DNA of 64,000 nt, from NCBI GenBank assembly GCA_963514005.1, contig OY740786.1, forward strand, positions 68,014,001 to 68,078,000. Direction: 5' to 3'. A program made the position numbers and the translations under genes. Each line of letters starts with the position of its first letter. Positions within the stretch are counted from its first letter, which is position 1. Source of the DNA: Raja brachyura (Eukaryota). The notes beneath the pieces are model-generated. The model did not search any database, was not told the DNA's origin, and worked only from the letters and a program-made list of their open reading frames with translations. Of this stretch, positions 12,671 to 24,305 are shown piece by piece.

Positions 12671-13478
12671 ACCATTCAAATAATAATCTGCCTTCCTGTT
12701 CTTGCCACAAGTGGATATCCTCACATGTATCCACATTATACTGCATATGCCATGCATCTGCCCACTCACCTAACCTATCCAAGTAACCCTGCAGCCTCAT
12801 AGCAATCTCATCGCAGCTCATACTGCCACCCAGCTTTGAACGCGACATCTCCAAGTTTTCAGAAGACAATTCCCTCGTCTAAATTGTTAAGTTATAATAA
12901 ATAACTTGGGTCTTAGCACCGAGCCTTGCGGCACCTCACAAGTCACTGCCTGCCATTCTGAAAATAACCCATTAATTCCTACTCCTTGCTTCCTGTCAGC
13001 CAACCAGTTCTCTATCCATGTCACTACCCTACCCCCAATACCATGTGCTCTAATTTTGCAAACTAATCTCTTGTGTGGGACCTTGTCAAAGGCTTTTTGA
13101 AAGTCCAGAAACACCACATCCACTGGCTCTCCCTTATCCATTCTACTTGTTACATCCTCAAAAATTTCCAGAAGATTAGTCAAGCATGATTTCCCCTTCA
13201 TAAATCCATGCTGACTTTGACCGATCCTGTCACTGCTTTCCAAATGCACTGATACAACATCTTTAACAATCGACTCGAGCATTTTCCCCACTGTAGACTG
13301 TGGACCGAGCATCAAAAATGTGTCTAGAAATCGTTTTTCGTGACCCAGGTCACAGAACTACATGACATTTTCCACAGATTTAGATGAAATATAATTGAGA
13401 AGGATGTCATAACTCAACACTGCCAAAAGTTGCACATTAATTAATTAAACTAATTAGAAAATGAGATCGGGGGAAGTA

Positions 13479-13496
13479 AGCGCCATCTAGTGGCCA
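13479..13496 (-). promoter_or_regulatory. CTCF motif inside a DNA transposon
   Basis: The - strand reads TGGCCACTAGATGGCGCT, a close match to the CTCF core TGGCCACCAGRKGGCGCT. Confidence 0.6.
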
Positions 13497-13554
13497 ATGC
13501 CCTTATTACACCATGGGCAGCCTATTTCCGTGTTGCAGTCCATTTAAACTATAT

Positions 13555-13557
<3 letters not shown>

Positions 13558-13607
<50 letters not shown>
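13558..13607. repeat. (TA)n microsatellite
   Basis: About 25 TA units. Confidence 0.97.
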
Positions 13608-13610
<3 letters not shown>

Positions 13611-14204
13611 TTTTTTTTAATGACACTGTCGCGGAGGTCCGGCTCCTGCACCAGCCTAATTAATGGGTGAGGGCAGTTCCTGTGGGATCCTCTCTTTACA
13701 GAACCCCACTGACTGCTGGTGTGCAGAGTGGGGGTCACGGCCATAGTGGGACTGGGGCAGTGCCAGGCTGGGGGACAGTCCTGCAAGGCATCTTCCAGTC
13801 GCTTTAATAGGAAATGTAATGAGACTGCAGCAGAGGTCCCGGGTTTTAAGGGCTCATGAACCTGCCTAATTAAAGGGTCAGGACAGATCCTCTGGGTTCG
13901 CTTGTTTACTGAACCCCACTGACTGCCATAGTGGGGAGAGTGGGGGTAACAGCCATAGTGGGACTGGGGCAGGGCCAGGCTGGGTGACAGACCTGTAAGA
14001 GACCTGTCTTATTTCTGATGTAAATGTCACATCCTGACCAAGAATCGAATGCTCTGATGTTTACTCGATGAGTATTCATTTTAAGCTACAATGAGCCTGT
14101 ATTTATGTTAGAGACCCCCCCCCCCCCCGATGGTGCCTTTGCAAATGAGGGCTATTACCTTTAACCTAAAATAACCCTAAAAGTGTTGCATTACTTGAGT
14201 ATCT

Positions 14205-14392
14205 GTAGTTTGTGTGTGTGTCTGTGTATGCCTGTCAAACGTGTATCTGTGGATGTAAGCGTGTATGTATGTGTGTGCATGGATGTGTACATGTATGTCT
14301 GCGTGCGGATGGATGGAGATGTGTGTGCGGATGTATGTGTGCGTGTGTGTGTGTATGGAATTGTGCGTACGGATGGATGTATGTGTGGATAG
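14205..14392. repeat. Degenerate (GT)n low-complexity tract
   Basis: GTGT/GTAT/GGAT mosaic. Confidence 0.9.
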
Positions 14393-17157
14393 ACTGTCGC
14401 ACTGTCATTCACCAGCACGCCATTATCATAAGTAATTCACTCATTGTTTAAATAATTTGACCAAATAAACAGTGAAATGATCGACACTAAAATAAAACAT
14501 ATAATCATTTATTTCCCCAATTTATTTGGTTGCATTACATCTGATCTTCATCTGAATATTCTTCATCATATTCCAAGTCTTTTGATAAGTTTTGATAAGT
14601 CCATTGATAAGTAAGTTCAAGTGGAGGGTCAGGCAGAGGCTACAAAAAAACCCATCTGATAGTCATTAAGTCAGCATAGACTTCAATTCATAAAATTCCA
14701 GCCCCTTCTTAATGTTAAAGAGAATAACACTGTTACTACCAAAGATAAATTAGTTCAAGTTCACATACACCAATTCATTTCTACATAAACATCAGCCATT
14801 TCTGACCATTTCTCACTCCAATGGAAGCCTATAAAGTGTAATGAATATTCGTCTGTTTTTCTCCCGCGGTCGGGGCCTAAAAACGGCCGCTACGGACGGC
14901 CCTATGTACAGCCCCCCCCCCCCCCCCAACGGACATGATCCAAACACACTGCGCGGCTCCGCGTTCGCGAATCGGCCGCTTCTTAATTGAGACCGCGGCT
15001 TCACTATGTTAAGTACATAGTGTATAATACTTAATAGTACATTAAGCCCTGCGATCGGAGCACTTGTATGCGGTAAGTTATCGCATCAGCTCCGAGATTA
15101 GATGTTAAAGACTTATTAGACTACAACAAGCTGGCATTAGTGACAATGCTTAATTTACCTTGTTATGGATACACATAGTTTAGGCCCTCAACTTCATGAA
15201 TTAATTGAGTGAATGAGCAAATGAATGAGCGGATGAGTGAGTGAGTGAATGAATGAGTGAATGTACAGTCTCCAAATCTCATTTTTTCACATTATAAAGG
15301 GTCTTCTTCTTTTCGTGTCCATCTTGTTACAAATGTTGGCCTTGCTGTCATTGTCAGTCCTGAAAAGGACGCAAGCTTCTGGCGACAATCAATGGAAGCC
15401 ATCACTTGTCGCAATAGATGATGGTGGTAGCAGAATTAGCTCGGGATACTTCCAGTTTCCAGCCCCGCGACATGGACGCTTCTGCTATGGGGCCACATTA
15501 TAAAGGGTGCAATTAAATTAATTAAAGTCCATACAGATTAATTTTCATAAATTCAGACTTTAGATCTTACCTTCCAGTTGATTCACAAAGTTTGACTGGT
15601 TTCACAACTTTGTGTTGCAGCATCTCAGCAGCGACTTTGCTTTCAAGACTTTCTACCACTTAGCTGCACATTCTTCAGACTTCTTAATGCTCTTCTCACT
15701 AAATTCAATTACCCTGATGCAAGTTTCCACGACATGTATTCCACAGAACTACAAAGAACCTTCATCGGAATCTCCAGTAAAACAGGCATCAGTGAAGTCC
15801 TCTCAGCCATGTTGTGTGCTCCCTGCCTAGCTAGCCTGAAACAAAGCACGTGATTGGCCAACTGGCATACAACTCAATGTTAAACGTGCTTTGATTGGAC
15901 TCAAAACACCCAAAAATCTTCTGGTTTTTCTCTAATTTAATAAAAATGTGCAAGTCTTGTTCTTGTCGAGTTTCAGGGGTGATTTATATAATATTTTTGC
16001 ACAATATGTGAAAATGTCATGTAGTTCTGTGACTTGGGTCACGAAACATTGGAATAAAGCTCCTCGGCCCACAGCCTACTACCGATATACGGCTAATTGG
16101 TCTATAATTCCCCGTTTTCTCTCTCCTTTCTTAAAAAGTGGGGTTACATTGGCTACCCTCCAGTCCACGGAAGCTGATCCATAGTCGAGAGAACAGTGGA
16201 CAATGATCACCAATGCATCCACGATTTTTAGGGCCACCTCCTTGAGTACTCTGGGATGCAGACCTTCAGGCCCTGGGGATTTATCTGCCTTCAGTCTCAA
16301 CAGTTTACCTAACACCATTTCCTGACTAATGTGGATTCCCTTCAGTTCCTCCCACTGGATCCTCGGTCCCCTAATATTTCTGGGAGATTGTTTGTGTCTT
16401 CCTTGGAACCAAAGTAGTTGTTTAACTGTTCTGCCATTTCCTTGCTTCCCATTATAAATTCACCTGTCTCTGATTGTAAGGGACCTACATTTGTCTTCAC
16501 AAATCTTTTCCTTTTTCCATATCTAAAGAAACTTTTAGAGTCAGTCTTTATATTCCCCGCAAGCTTTCTTTCATGCTCTTCCTCCCCCCCCCCCCCCCCC
16601 CCCTTAACTAACCCCTTTGTCCTCTTTTTTGAGTTCTAAATTTCTTCCAGTCCTCCGGTTTGCTGCTTCCTCTGGCCAATTTATATGTCTTTTCCTTGGA
16701 TTTAAAGATCTATGGAATTTATTGATCACCTTTATGCATGGGTTGACCTGTTAAGATGGCCTATTTGCAACATTTTTCACTTTCCATACTTTTTCGTGTT
16801 TCTATTGTCGCATTTTGTGCCACTGATTTTATTTTGTAGCTTATTCCATTGCCCTTCCCTGTTTTGCATTGTGTACAAATTTTGATTCCATTTTTTAACA
16901 ATGCAGATAAGGAACCATATAAATGGACAGCATCATTTGTAAATGACATGTATCTACTTTGATGCTATTAAGCTCAGGTGTTAATGGTGTCAAGCTCGGT
17001 ATATCAGTCATTTACTGATTAGGTCCAAGAATTTACACGTACACAGTTGGAATTACCTATAGTATACAAGATTATGTTATATCAAACACAATCCTATTAA
17101 AATATTTTTGTTACTTTCAGGTGTAATGTGTAAATATACGATCTTTATAACTCTTAA

Positions 17158-17450
17158 TAGTTTAGTTTAGAGATACAGTGTGGAAACAGGACCTTCGGCC
17201 CACTGAGTCCGCACCAACCAGCGATTCCCGCACAGCAACACTATCCTACGCACACTGGGGCCAATTTTACATTTATACCAAGCCAATTAACCTACAACCC
17301 TGTACATCTTCGGAGTGTGGGAGGAAACCGAATATCTTGGAGAAAACCCACGTGGTACAAACTCCGTACAGACAGCACCTGTAGTCGGGACCGAACCCGG
17401 TTTCTGACGCTGTAATGGCAGCCACTCTACTTCTGCGCCAGTGTGCCGCA
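17158..17450 (-). mobile_element. tRNA-derived SINE (HE1/V-SINE-like)
   Basis: The - strand has A/B-box-like GGCGCAGAAGTAGAG..GGGTTCGGTCCC, a V-domain-like TCCTCCCACACTCCGAAGATGTAC and a (CTAAA)n tail. Related copies at about 24700-24990, 25153-25360, 35560-35705, 39125-39400 and 58655-58930. Confidence 0.75.
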
Positions 17451-17995
17451 CTCAATGGGATCTCAAACTTGAGGGCCGCCCTCAAACTCAATAGTTGAGT
17501 TTGTTTGGCAAACATAACCTTTAGGGAAATTTGGGTCACCTCTTTTGAGAGTTGCTGCTTTATCAGTGCTCTCTCTATAACAAGTGTAAAATGATTTATG
17601 GTGTCATTTTGTTTGCATTGTAATTCTAAAGTGTGAGAACTGTGTGTGGTGAATGATGATAAAATTGAGCTAGATAGTATGCTATGTGTTATTGAAATTT
17701 TAATATTTAATTATCGGGCTAGATGCAGGCTATGTGAAAAGTTATGTAATTTACACACAAGCACATTTTTTCCCCTTCTGCCCTTTCAGCCAGTGTTGGC
17801 AAATTGTTGTATGATAATTATCTTCATCTCTTCTATAGCTTATGAGTATTAATATTTGGGATTTTCATTTGCTCCTTTTTGTAGGCCTATCAAACACTGC
17901 TTCTCACGTGCAAATTGTTGCAGTAGAGTAATTGAAATTCACACAACTTTACGTTGAATTGCTGACTAATATTGAATTCCTTTTGTTTTAACCAG

Positions 17996-18056
17996 TCACT
18001 ATTTGGAAAGAACTTGAAAACTATACTTAATGAATATGTTGTTATGAAGGCAAAAG
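17996..18056 (+). CDS. NPAT: NPAT exon 3 (SLFGKNLKTILNEYVVMKAK)
   Basis: Acceptor accag, donor GTGAGG; 61 nt. Confidence 0.95.
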
Positions 18057-18665
18057 GTGAGGATAATGTGTAGGGTTAATTTGGGGATTGTGTGGTATTA
18101 TTTCCCTAAATTTCAGATAACATTAATGTAAGAAATTTAGCCTGTGATATTGTTAGTCAATGGGAAATACACATTTGGGGCGAAGAGCTTATGATTGGGG
18201 TAATGCTTGAGAATAGAACAAAATGTAATGTCGGGACTGGTAAACATCAAACTAATGATCATCTGCATAACAAGGACATTATCTTGTTGAATAATAGGCA
18301 CGAACCTGTGTGCATCATGAACAATGGAATTTCATTTTTTCAACTATACAGATAAAGCAATATCTGTGATATTCCTCTTCCTAATGATCTCTCTCCTGCA
18401 CCTATGGTCAATTCTATACTGTCAAAAACAACTTAAATTTAATACTCTTGCTTATATCCTAACCATAAACTGTACTAAATGTGTAGGAAAGAACTGCAGA
18501 TGCTGGTTTAAATCGAAGGAATTGATTTAATAAATTTCCTTGACACTGTCCAGATAATTTAGCAATGCTAGTAATGAAAATGACCTTGTTTATTAATGAA
18601 AGCTGAATTTTCCATGTACTTTAATATGACAAGGTCCTTTTCTCATTTCACTAATTTTATTTTAG

Positions 18666-18738
18666 ATTCAATGCCAGAAGCTCCTGCTGTTTTGCCATCT
18701 TTGTGGAGGAAATTGGAGTATACTCTTTCTCAAATCAG
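18666..18738 (+). CDS. NPAT: NPAT exon 4 (SMPEAPAVLPSLWRKLEYTLSQIR)
   Basis: Acceptor tttag, donor GTAATG; 73 nt; matches the conserved SLWKKLDHTLSQIR segment. Confidence 0.95.
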
Positions 18739-19482
18739 GTAATGTAGTCTTCTCGGACTGTGAACTCTGATTACTGCTTTTGAAAAATAATTAATTCCAA
18801 AATTTATAGGCTCCACCATTTAATTATTTTTGACAAAAAAGTATTGATTCTTTGCTAACCTGGAAACAGAATTGTTCTCCTTGTTTATGCAGTTGATTTT
18901 GGTTATCTTTGTTGTAATTATAACCATTTGTGGTATTAAGTTCTTTCTACTTTATACTCTATCTCCATCATCAATCCCATGTCGTAAAACTAATCATCCT
19001 CTATTTTTGGCATGGACTTGTCAAATTATGATGCAGCTCACATGCAGCAGGAGCTGCATGAAAATCAATTAAACTGGATTGCAAGAACAACATTTAAAGG
19101 TGACATTCAATCACCTGATCTTGCAATTGTACCCAGGTACATGTGGTGAAAGGTTTTTGGAAAATGTACTTTCCAGAAACTATGTTTAATATAAAATATG
19201 AATATAAAATTTATCTGTTCAGCCTACCCCACCTCCCCATTTCTGAGCTGTAGGACAGATACTCTGAGAAGATCTGTTTTAGCTTCAGTGTGTAACAAAA
19301 AAGGCTGCTCTCGGTGGATATATTCTCCCTTTAGTTGAATCAGTTGATTTTCTTCCTGACATGAAGCTACTAATCTAGAGTTCCAATTGACTTGAATAGA
19401 CCTAAAACGGAACTATATTTCTTTAGTTTTAGATTTTTTAATATTGCTGCATTGTGACAAATGTTTTTTCTTTTATTTTCAG

Positions 19483-19526
19483 GAGCTTGCAACAGAGCTC
19501 TGTTGCACTTGCTGCAAACCAAAGAG
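19483..19526 (+). CDS. NPAT: NPAT exon 5 (SLQQSSVALAANQR)
   Basis: Acceptor ttttcag, donor GTAACT; 44 nt; phase 2 to 1 fits both neighbours. Confidence 0.88.
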
Positions 19527-19790
19527 GTAACTTTTAACAAAAATAATTGTTTAAAATAATTTAAGGTATGCCTGTTATGGATAAAGAATTGATACTATTT
19601 TTACTGTCTCTGGAGCCAGATTATGGGTTTAAAATAAACATATTTCTGATTACTAGGAATATTTATGTTAACCATGCTGCGAAATACTGAAATATTATTT
19701 TTTCTAAGTTGGGAAAATTTACATCGTGTTTGCCCAAGTGAAATGTAACGCCCATTCTTTAAAAGTAATATCAGGATTTGTTTCCACAAG

Positions 19791-20045
19791 CTCGAACAAA
19801 AAATGCTTTGAATGAATTGAGACGCCAAGGGAACTATTCTTTAAGACAGACGCCCAGGATTAGCTCTGGCCTTCTGGCAATATCTTCAGAAACAGAGCAG
19901 AGGATTATCACACCTTTGTCAGCAAGTCCAGTGGTCATTGCACACAGTTCTGGAACCAGTCCGTTCATTCCACAAGCTAGACTGGACAGTTATGCATGCC
20001 AAATCCACACGCAAGATGCAAATCATCCTGCCATTAATTCAGCTG
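19791..20045 (+). CDS. NPAT: NPAT exon 6 (ARTKNALNELRRQ...AINSA)
   Basis: Acceptor cacaag, donor GTAAGT; 255 nt; lies within ORF 19778..20053. Confidence 0.9.
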
Positions 20046-20591
20046 GTAAGTAGGTGCTTATGGAATATAAATGTTAGTTCGCTGGAAACACGTTTGGTTT
20101 GATTTCATAGGTACGTGGGCTTAGCCACGTTTCCTCCATTAACAAATCTGTGGTTTTGTGTTGCAAGGGTTTATGTGTTTGTAACGTCTACCAGCTTGGT
20201 GGAAGAATTTGGGGTGGGGTTCCTACTTTGTGATCAACATAGAACATAAAAAAGTACAGCCTAGGAACAGACTTGTCCCACAATATCTGTGCTGAACATG
20301 GCACCAAGCTAAACTAATCTTATCTGGCTGCACATAATCTATATCCCTCCATATCCATGTGCCTATCTAAAAGCCTCTTGAATGGCACTATTGTGTCTGC
20401 TCCCACTATCACCAGGCTGGCATCCAGGCAATCCAAGAATTGTTTAAATGAATCCGTAGATAAATTTAAAATTCCATTCGACAAGTAAAGAAGAGCATTG
20501 GGCTATTTACTGTGAATGTAAATCATAATGTGATTGATCTCCATTCTGCAGTGCATGTTTCACAGTTTTTTTAAATTTTTTTTTCATAAAG

Positions 20592-20673
20592 GTGAAGCTC
20601 TTCATGTTGTTATTTCTGGACCTTGTGATCGAAGATTACAATCTGAGCATATTTCTCCAGGGAAACGAAAATG
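20592..20673 (+). CDS. NPAT: NPAT exon 7 (GEALHVVISGPCDRRLQSEHISPGKRK)
   Basis: Acceptor taaag, donor GTAAAT; 82 nt; SPGKRK CDK/NLS-like motif. Confidence 0.88.
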
Positions 20674-21459
20674 GTAAATTAATAAGCTGTAAAAAACATT
20701 TTAAATATTGTACACAATATATAACTAGATAAGTTGTACATTTCTAATCTAATCAACTTTGCACAAGTGGTCTTTATATTTTCATAATTATAAGTGACAT
20801 TCATTTCTTGACCATTTTGCTTGCTTTTCATCTAAAAAATCAGTGCTGGAGTAATTCAGCGGTTCAGGTAGCATCTCTGGAGAACATGGATAGGTGACGT
20901 TTTGGGTCGGAACCCTTTTTGAGACTAATTGTGGGTGGGTGCATCCTACCCAAAACTTCACTCATCCTAACAACTAATACAAACATAACTCGAAATGGCC
21001 ACTAGTTTGTGTATGAAATTAAATCCCATACAATCTGGAGCAGTTTAATTTTAATTAATCTTTGTTTGTCATATTAATATGTTTAACTCAATTTTTATTG
21101 CATGATAATAAATTTCTTTGCCTGTTTAAAGATTAACGGTTAAAGATATACTCACATTCTGTTACAAGTTTACTCCTAAGAATAAGGTGGAAAATTGTAA
21201 TGCTGCTAGAATCCAATGCTGTCCATGACTGCCCAGGTACTTTTGAGTCCTTGTGCACACTCCACCTAGGAGAATGATTGCTTTCCAAAGCCTGACGGTA
21301 TGCAACCTTGTGTCAGGTGTTAGTTGGTTTTGAAAAAAATATTTTGAGTTCTCCCAGACCTGGATGGGCAGGCCTGCCTCTTTATACATAGTTATCCAAA
21401 GTTCTTTGCATCAGCATGTAAATACACTATTATATATATATATAACCATTTGTCCTGTA

Positions 21460-22700
21460 ATAGAATCATAGAGTCATGAAGTGATACAGTGTGGAAACCG
21501 GCCCTTTGGCCCAACTTGCCCACACTGGCCAACAATGTCCCAGCTACACTAGTCCCACTTGCCTGCTCTTAGTCCATATCCCTCCAAACCTGACCTATCT
21601 GTGTACCTGTCTAACTGTTTCTTAAATGATGGAATAGTCCCAGCCTCAATTACCCCCCATCCCCCCTGGCAACTTGTCCCATACACCCACCACCCTTTGT
21701 TTGAAAAAGTTACTCCTCAGATTCCTATTAAATCTTTCCCCCTTCAGCTCAAACCTATGTCCTCTGGTCCTCGATTCACCTACTCTGGGCAAGAGACTGT
21801 GCATCTACCCGATCTATTCCTCTCATGATTTTGTACACCTCTAAAAGATCATCCCTCATCCTCCTGCGCTTCATGGAATAGAGACCCAACATACTCAACC
21901 TCTCCCTATAGGTCACACCCTCTAGTCCTGGCAACATCCTCGTAATTCTTTTCTGAACCCTTTCAAGCTTGACAATATCTTTCATAACCTCTGCCCAGAA
22001 CTGAACACAATATTCTAAATGTGGTCTCACCAACTTCTTAAACAACTGCAACATGACCTCCCAACTTCTATACTCAATACTCTGACTGATGAAGGCCAAA
22101 GTGCAAAAACCCTTTTTTGACCACCTTATCCACCTGTGACACGACCTTCAAGGAACCATGCACCTGTACTTCTAAATTGTTCCACTCTACAACACTACCC
22201 TACCATTTATTGTGTAGGTCCTGCCCTTGTTCGACTTCCCAAAGTGCATCACCTCACACTTCTCTGTATTAAATTCCACCAACCATTCCTCCGCACACCT
22301 GAGCAATCGATCCAGATCCTGTAAAATCTTCCACCACCATCTTCACTATCTGCAAAATCACTCACTTTTGTATCATCAGCAAACTTTCTAATCTTTCGCT
22401 GTATGTTCTCATCCAAATCATTGATGTAGATGACAAACCGTAACGGGCCCAGCACCGAACCCTGTGGCACACCACTTGTCACAGGCCTCCAGTCCGAGAA
22501 GCAACCTTCCACCATCACCCTCTGCTTCCTTCCATGGAGCCAATTTGCTATCCATTCAGGTATCTCTCCTTGGATCCCATGCAATCTAACCTTCCAGAGC
22601 AGCCTACCATGCAGAACCTTGTTGAATGCCTTACTGAAATCCATGATCACAACATCTACAGCTCTGCCCTCATCGACCTTTTTGGTCACGTCTTCAAAAA
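21460..22700 (-). mobile_element. CR1 LINE, 5'-truncated
   Basis: ORFs 22249..22689 ([18 protein letters not shown]) and 21776..22099 (LVRPHLEYCVQFW). Confidence 0.93.
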
Positions 22701-24305
22701 AATGTAATATGTGGATGAGTGCCAGGGTTGTAATGGTATTCTGGATTGTTTATTAATGTGCTTGGCTTAGGTTTGGTTAACACCAGTTTAAATTTTGTAC
22801 CCAAGCAAATCTCAGTTCTGCTTCACTTCTGTCATTGTAGCATCCAGTTTTTTGTTAAACATATTGTACTTTAAGGACCAGGTCATGGTGTGAGATTTTT
22901 CTAGTCGACCAGTATGGCAGTGGTTTGAATCTCAACTTAGTGCTACACATGGGAAACTAAACAGTGCTGTTTTGATGAACTAATTAAAAAATATTGTGAT
23001 CATTACAAATAGGTTGGGGTGACGTTCAATTCTGGCTAAGCTATGGTAATAGATGCAAAATGAATTTCTAATTTGATGGATGCAGAATACAAGGAAAGAT
23101 GGGCCATAGGAGAATTGATGCGCAGGTGACTAATCACACATAATAATGATGTAGGGTGGAAGCAAGCAGTTATCTTCATTTATGGCTGGTAAATCTACAA
23201 ACCACTAATTTTGCCATCAGGTGTAGAAGCCAAAATGTGTGCGTTTCATAATATTTTTCTGATGATCACAGTCGCAAATCAGAAAAGGTTCTACTTTGTA
23301 TTGTATCATCATATTGCATGAGCTATCGAGATATGCCAGTAATCCACATGGGAGGTGTGGATGAGAAAAATGTATATATATGTTTGTAAATCTGCATTCC
23401 AAATGTTATCCAGGTTGTTATTGTCTTGAAGGTTGAACATATGGGTCCAGAGGGGTTTGCTTGACCTCAAACAATGACGAGGGACATGAAGTTCCCCCCA
23501 GTTTACTCATTTTGTTTGCTGTATAATAGCATTGTGATGATTGGATGGGGAACAATATTTGCCAGGGAGGCAGTCAGGGAGTTGGCTTGAGGGAGTCGTT
23601 TTGTAGGTTCCACAATGTTTAAGGATGTACTTGGATGTCAACAGACTGGGTATAGCTGTATCAAATCTGTACTGCTACATGTGAATCCCCTCCAATCTAC
23701 TGTATTCCCAAATTATTTCTTGTAATCATTTTGCCTACACCAGGCAGTTACTACTAATCTGGGATACTGCATTCATAAATCTTAATAAACTTTTACAGTG
23801 GATTTTGGAAAATGACACTCGATGTATGTATGTAGACACCAAATGAAAACTAACTTGAGATTCACTACATTGGAGAGACCAAATGCGATCGGGAGACAAC
23901 TTTACGGAGCACTCTTGTTCAATCTGAACTTCCTGTTACATGCCATCTTACTTTTCCATCCCACTCTTGTTCTGACCCATCACACAATGGCCTATACTAC
24001 TACAATGATACCCAATGTAAGCTTGAGAAGCAGGATCTCATCTTCTATCTGGTCACATTACAGCCTTCTTGACTTGATATTGAATTCTATAACTTCAGGT
24101 TACTTAATTTCTCATTCTGTGTGTCATCCATCGTGTGATATTAGCTCATCTTTTTCCTGTTTTATTTCTCAATTTTCCTCTGGGAGTGGAGGATGTGCCC
24201 AGCCTAATCTATTGGGCAAGTGCTCCTGCTGAGCATTCCACAGCTCCCACATGATTTTATCAATGTTCTTCTGTCTATGTACTTCCATGTCAGTCCTCCA
24301 CTCTC

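Larger units (their letters stand above)
13294..16078. mobile_element. Internally deleted DNA transposon, Academ-like
   Basis: Termini TAGACTGTGGACCGAG and CTCGGCCCACAGCCTA; about 38-bp subterminal inverted repeats at about 13336-13375 and 16010-16047; 3-bp TSD CTG/CTA inside CR1. Confidence 0.7.
10230..16700 (-). mobile_element. CR1 LINE split by three younger insertions
   Basis: Collinear CR1 ORF2 pieces at 10230-10440, 10919-11497, 12671-13293 and 16079-16700 (QHGFMKGKSCLTNL, LDFQKAFDKVPH, DKSPGPEGLHPRVLKE); (CATAGAA)n tail at about 10230-10260. Confidence 0.9.

Noticed and set aside
14183-14451. Cys/Val- and His/Thr-rich ORFs
   Set aside because: Translations of a (GT)n low-complexity tract.
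17380-17450. tRNA gene
   Set aside because: tRNA-like head of a SINE attached to a repeat body and tail; no complete cloverleaf.
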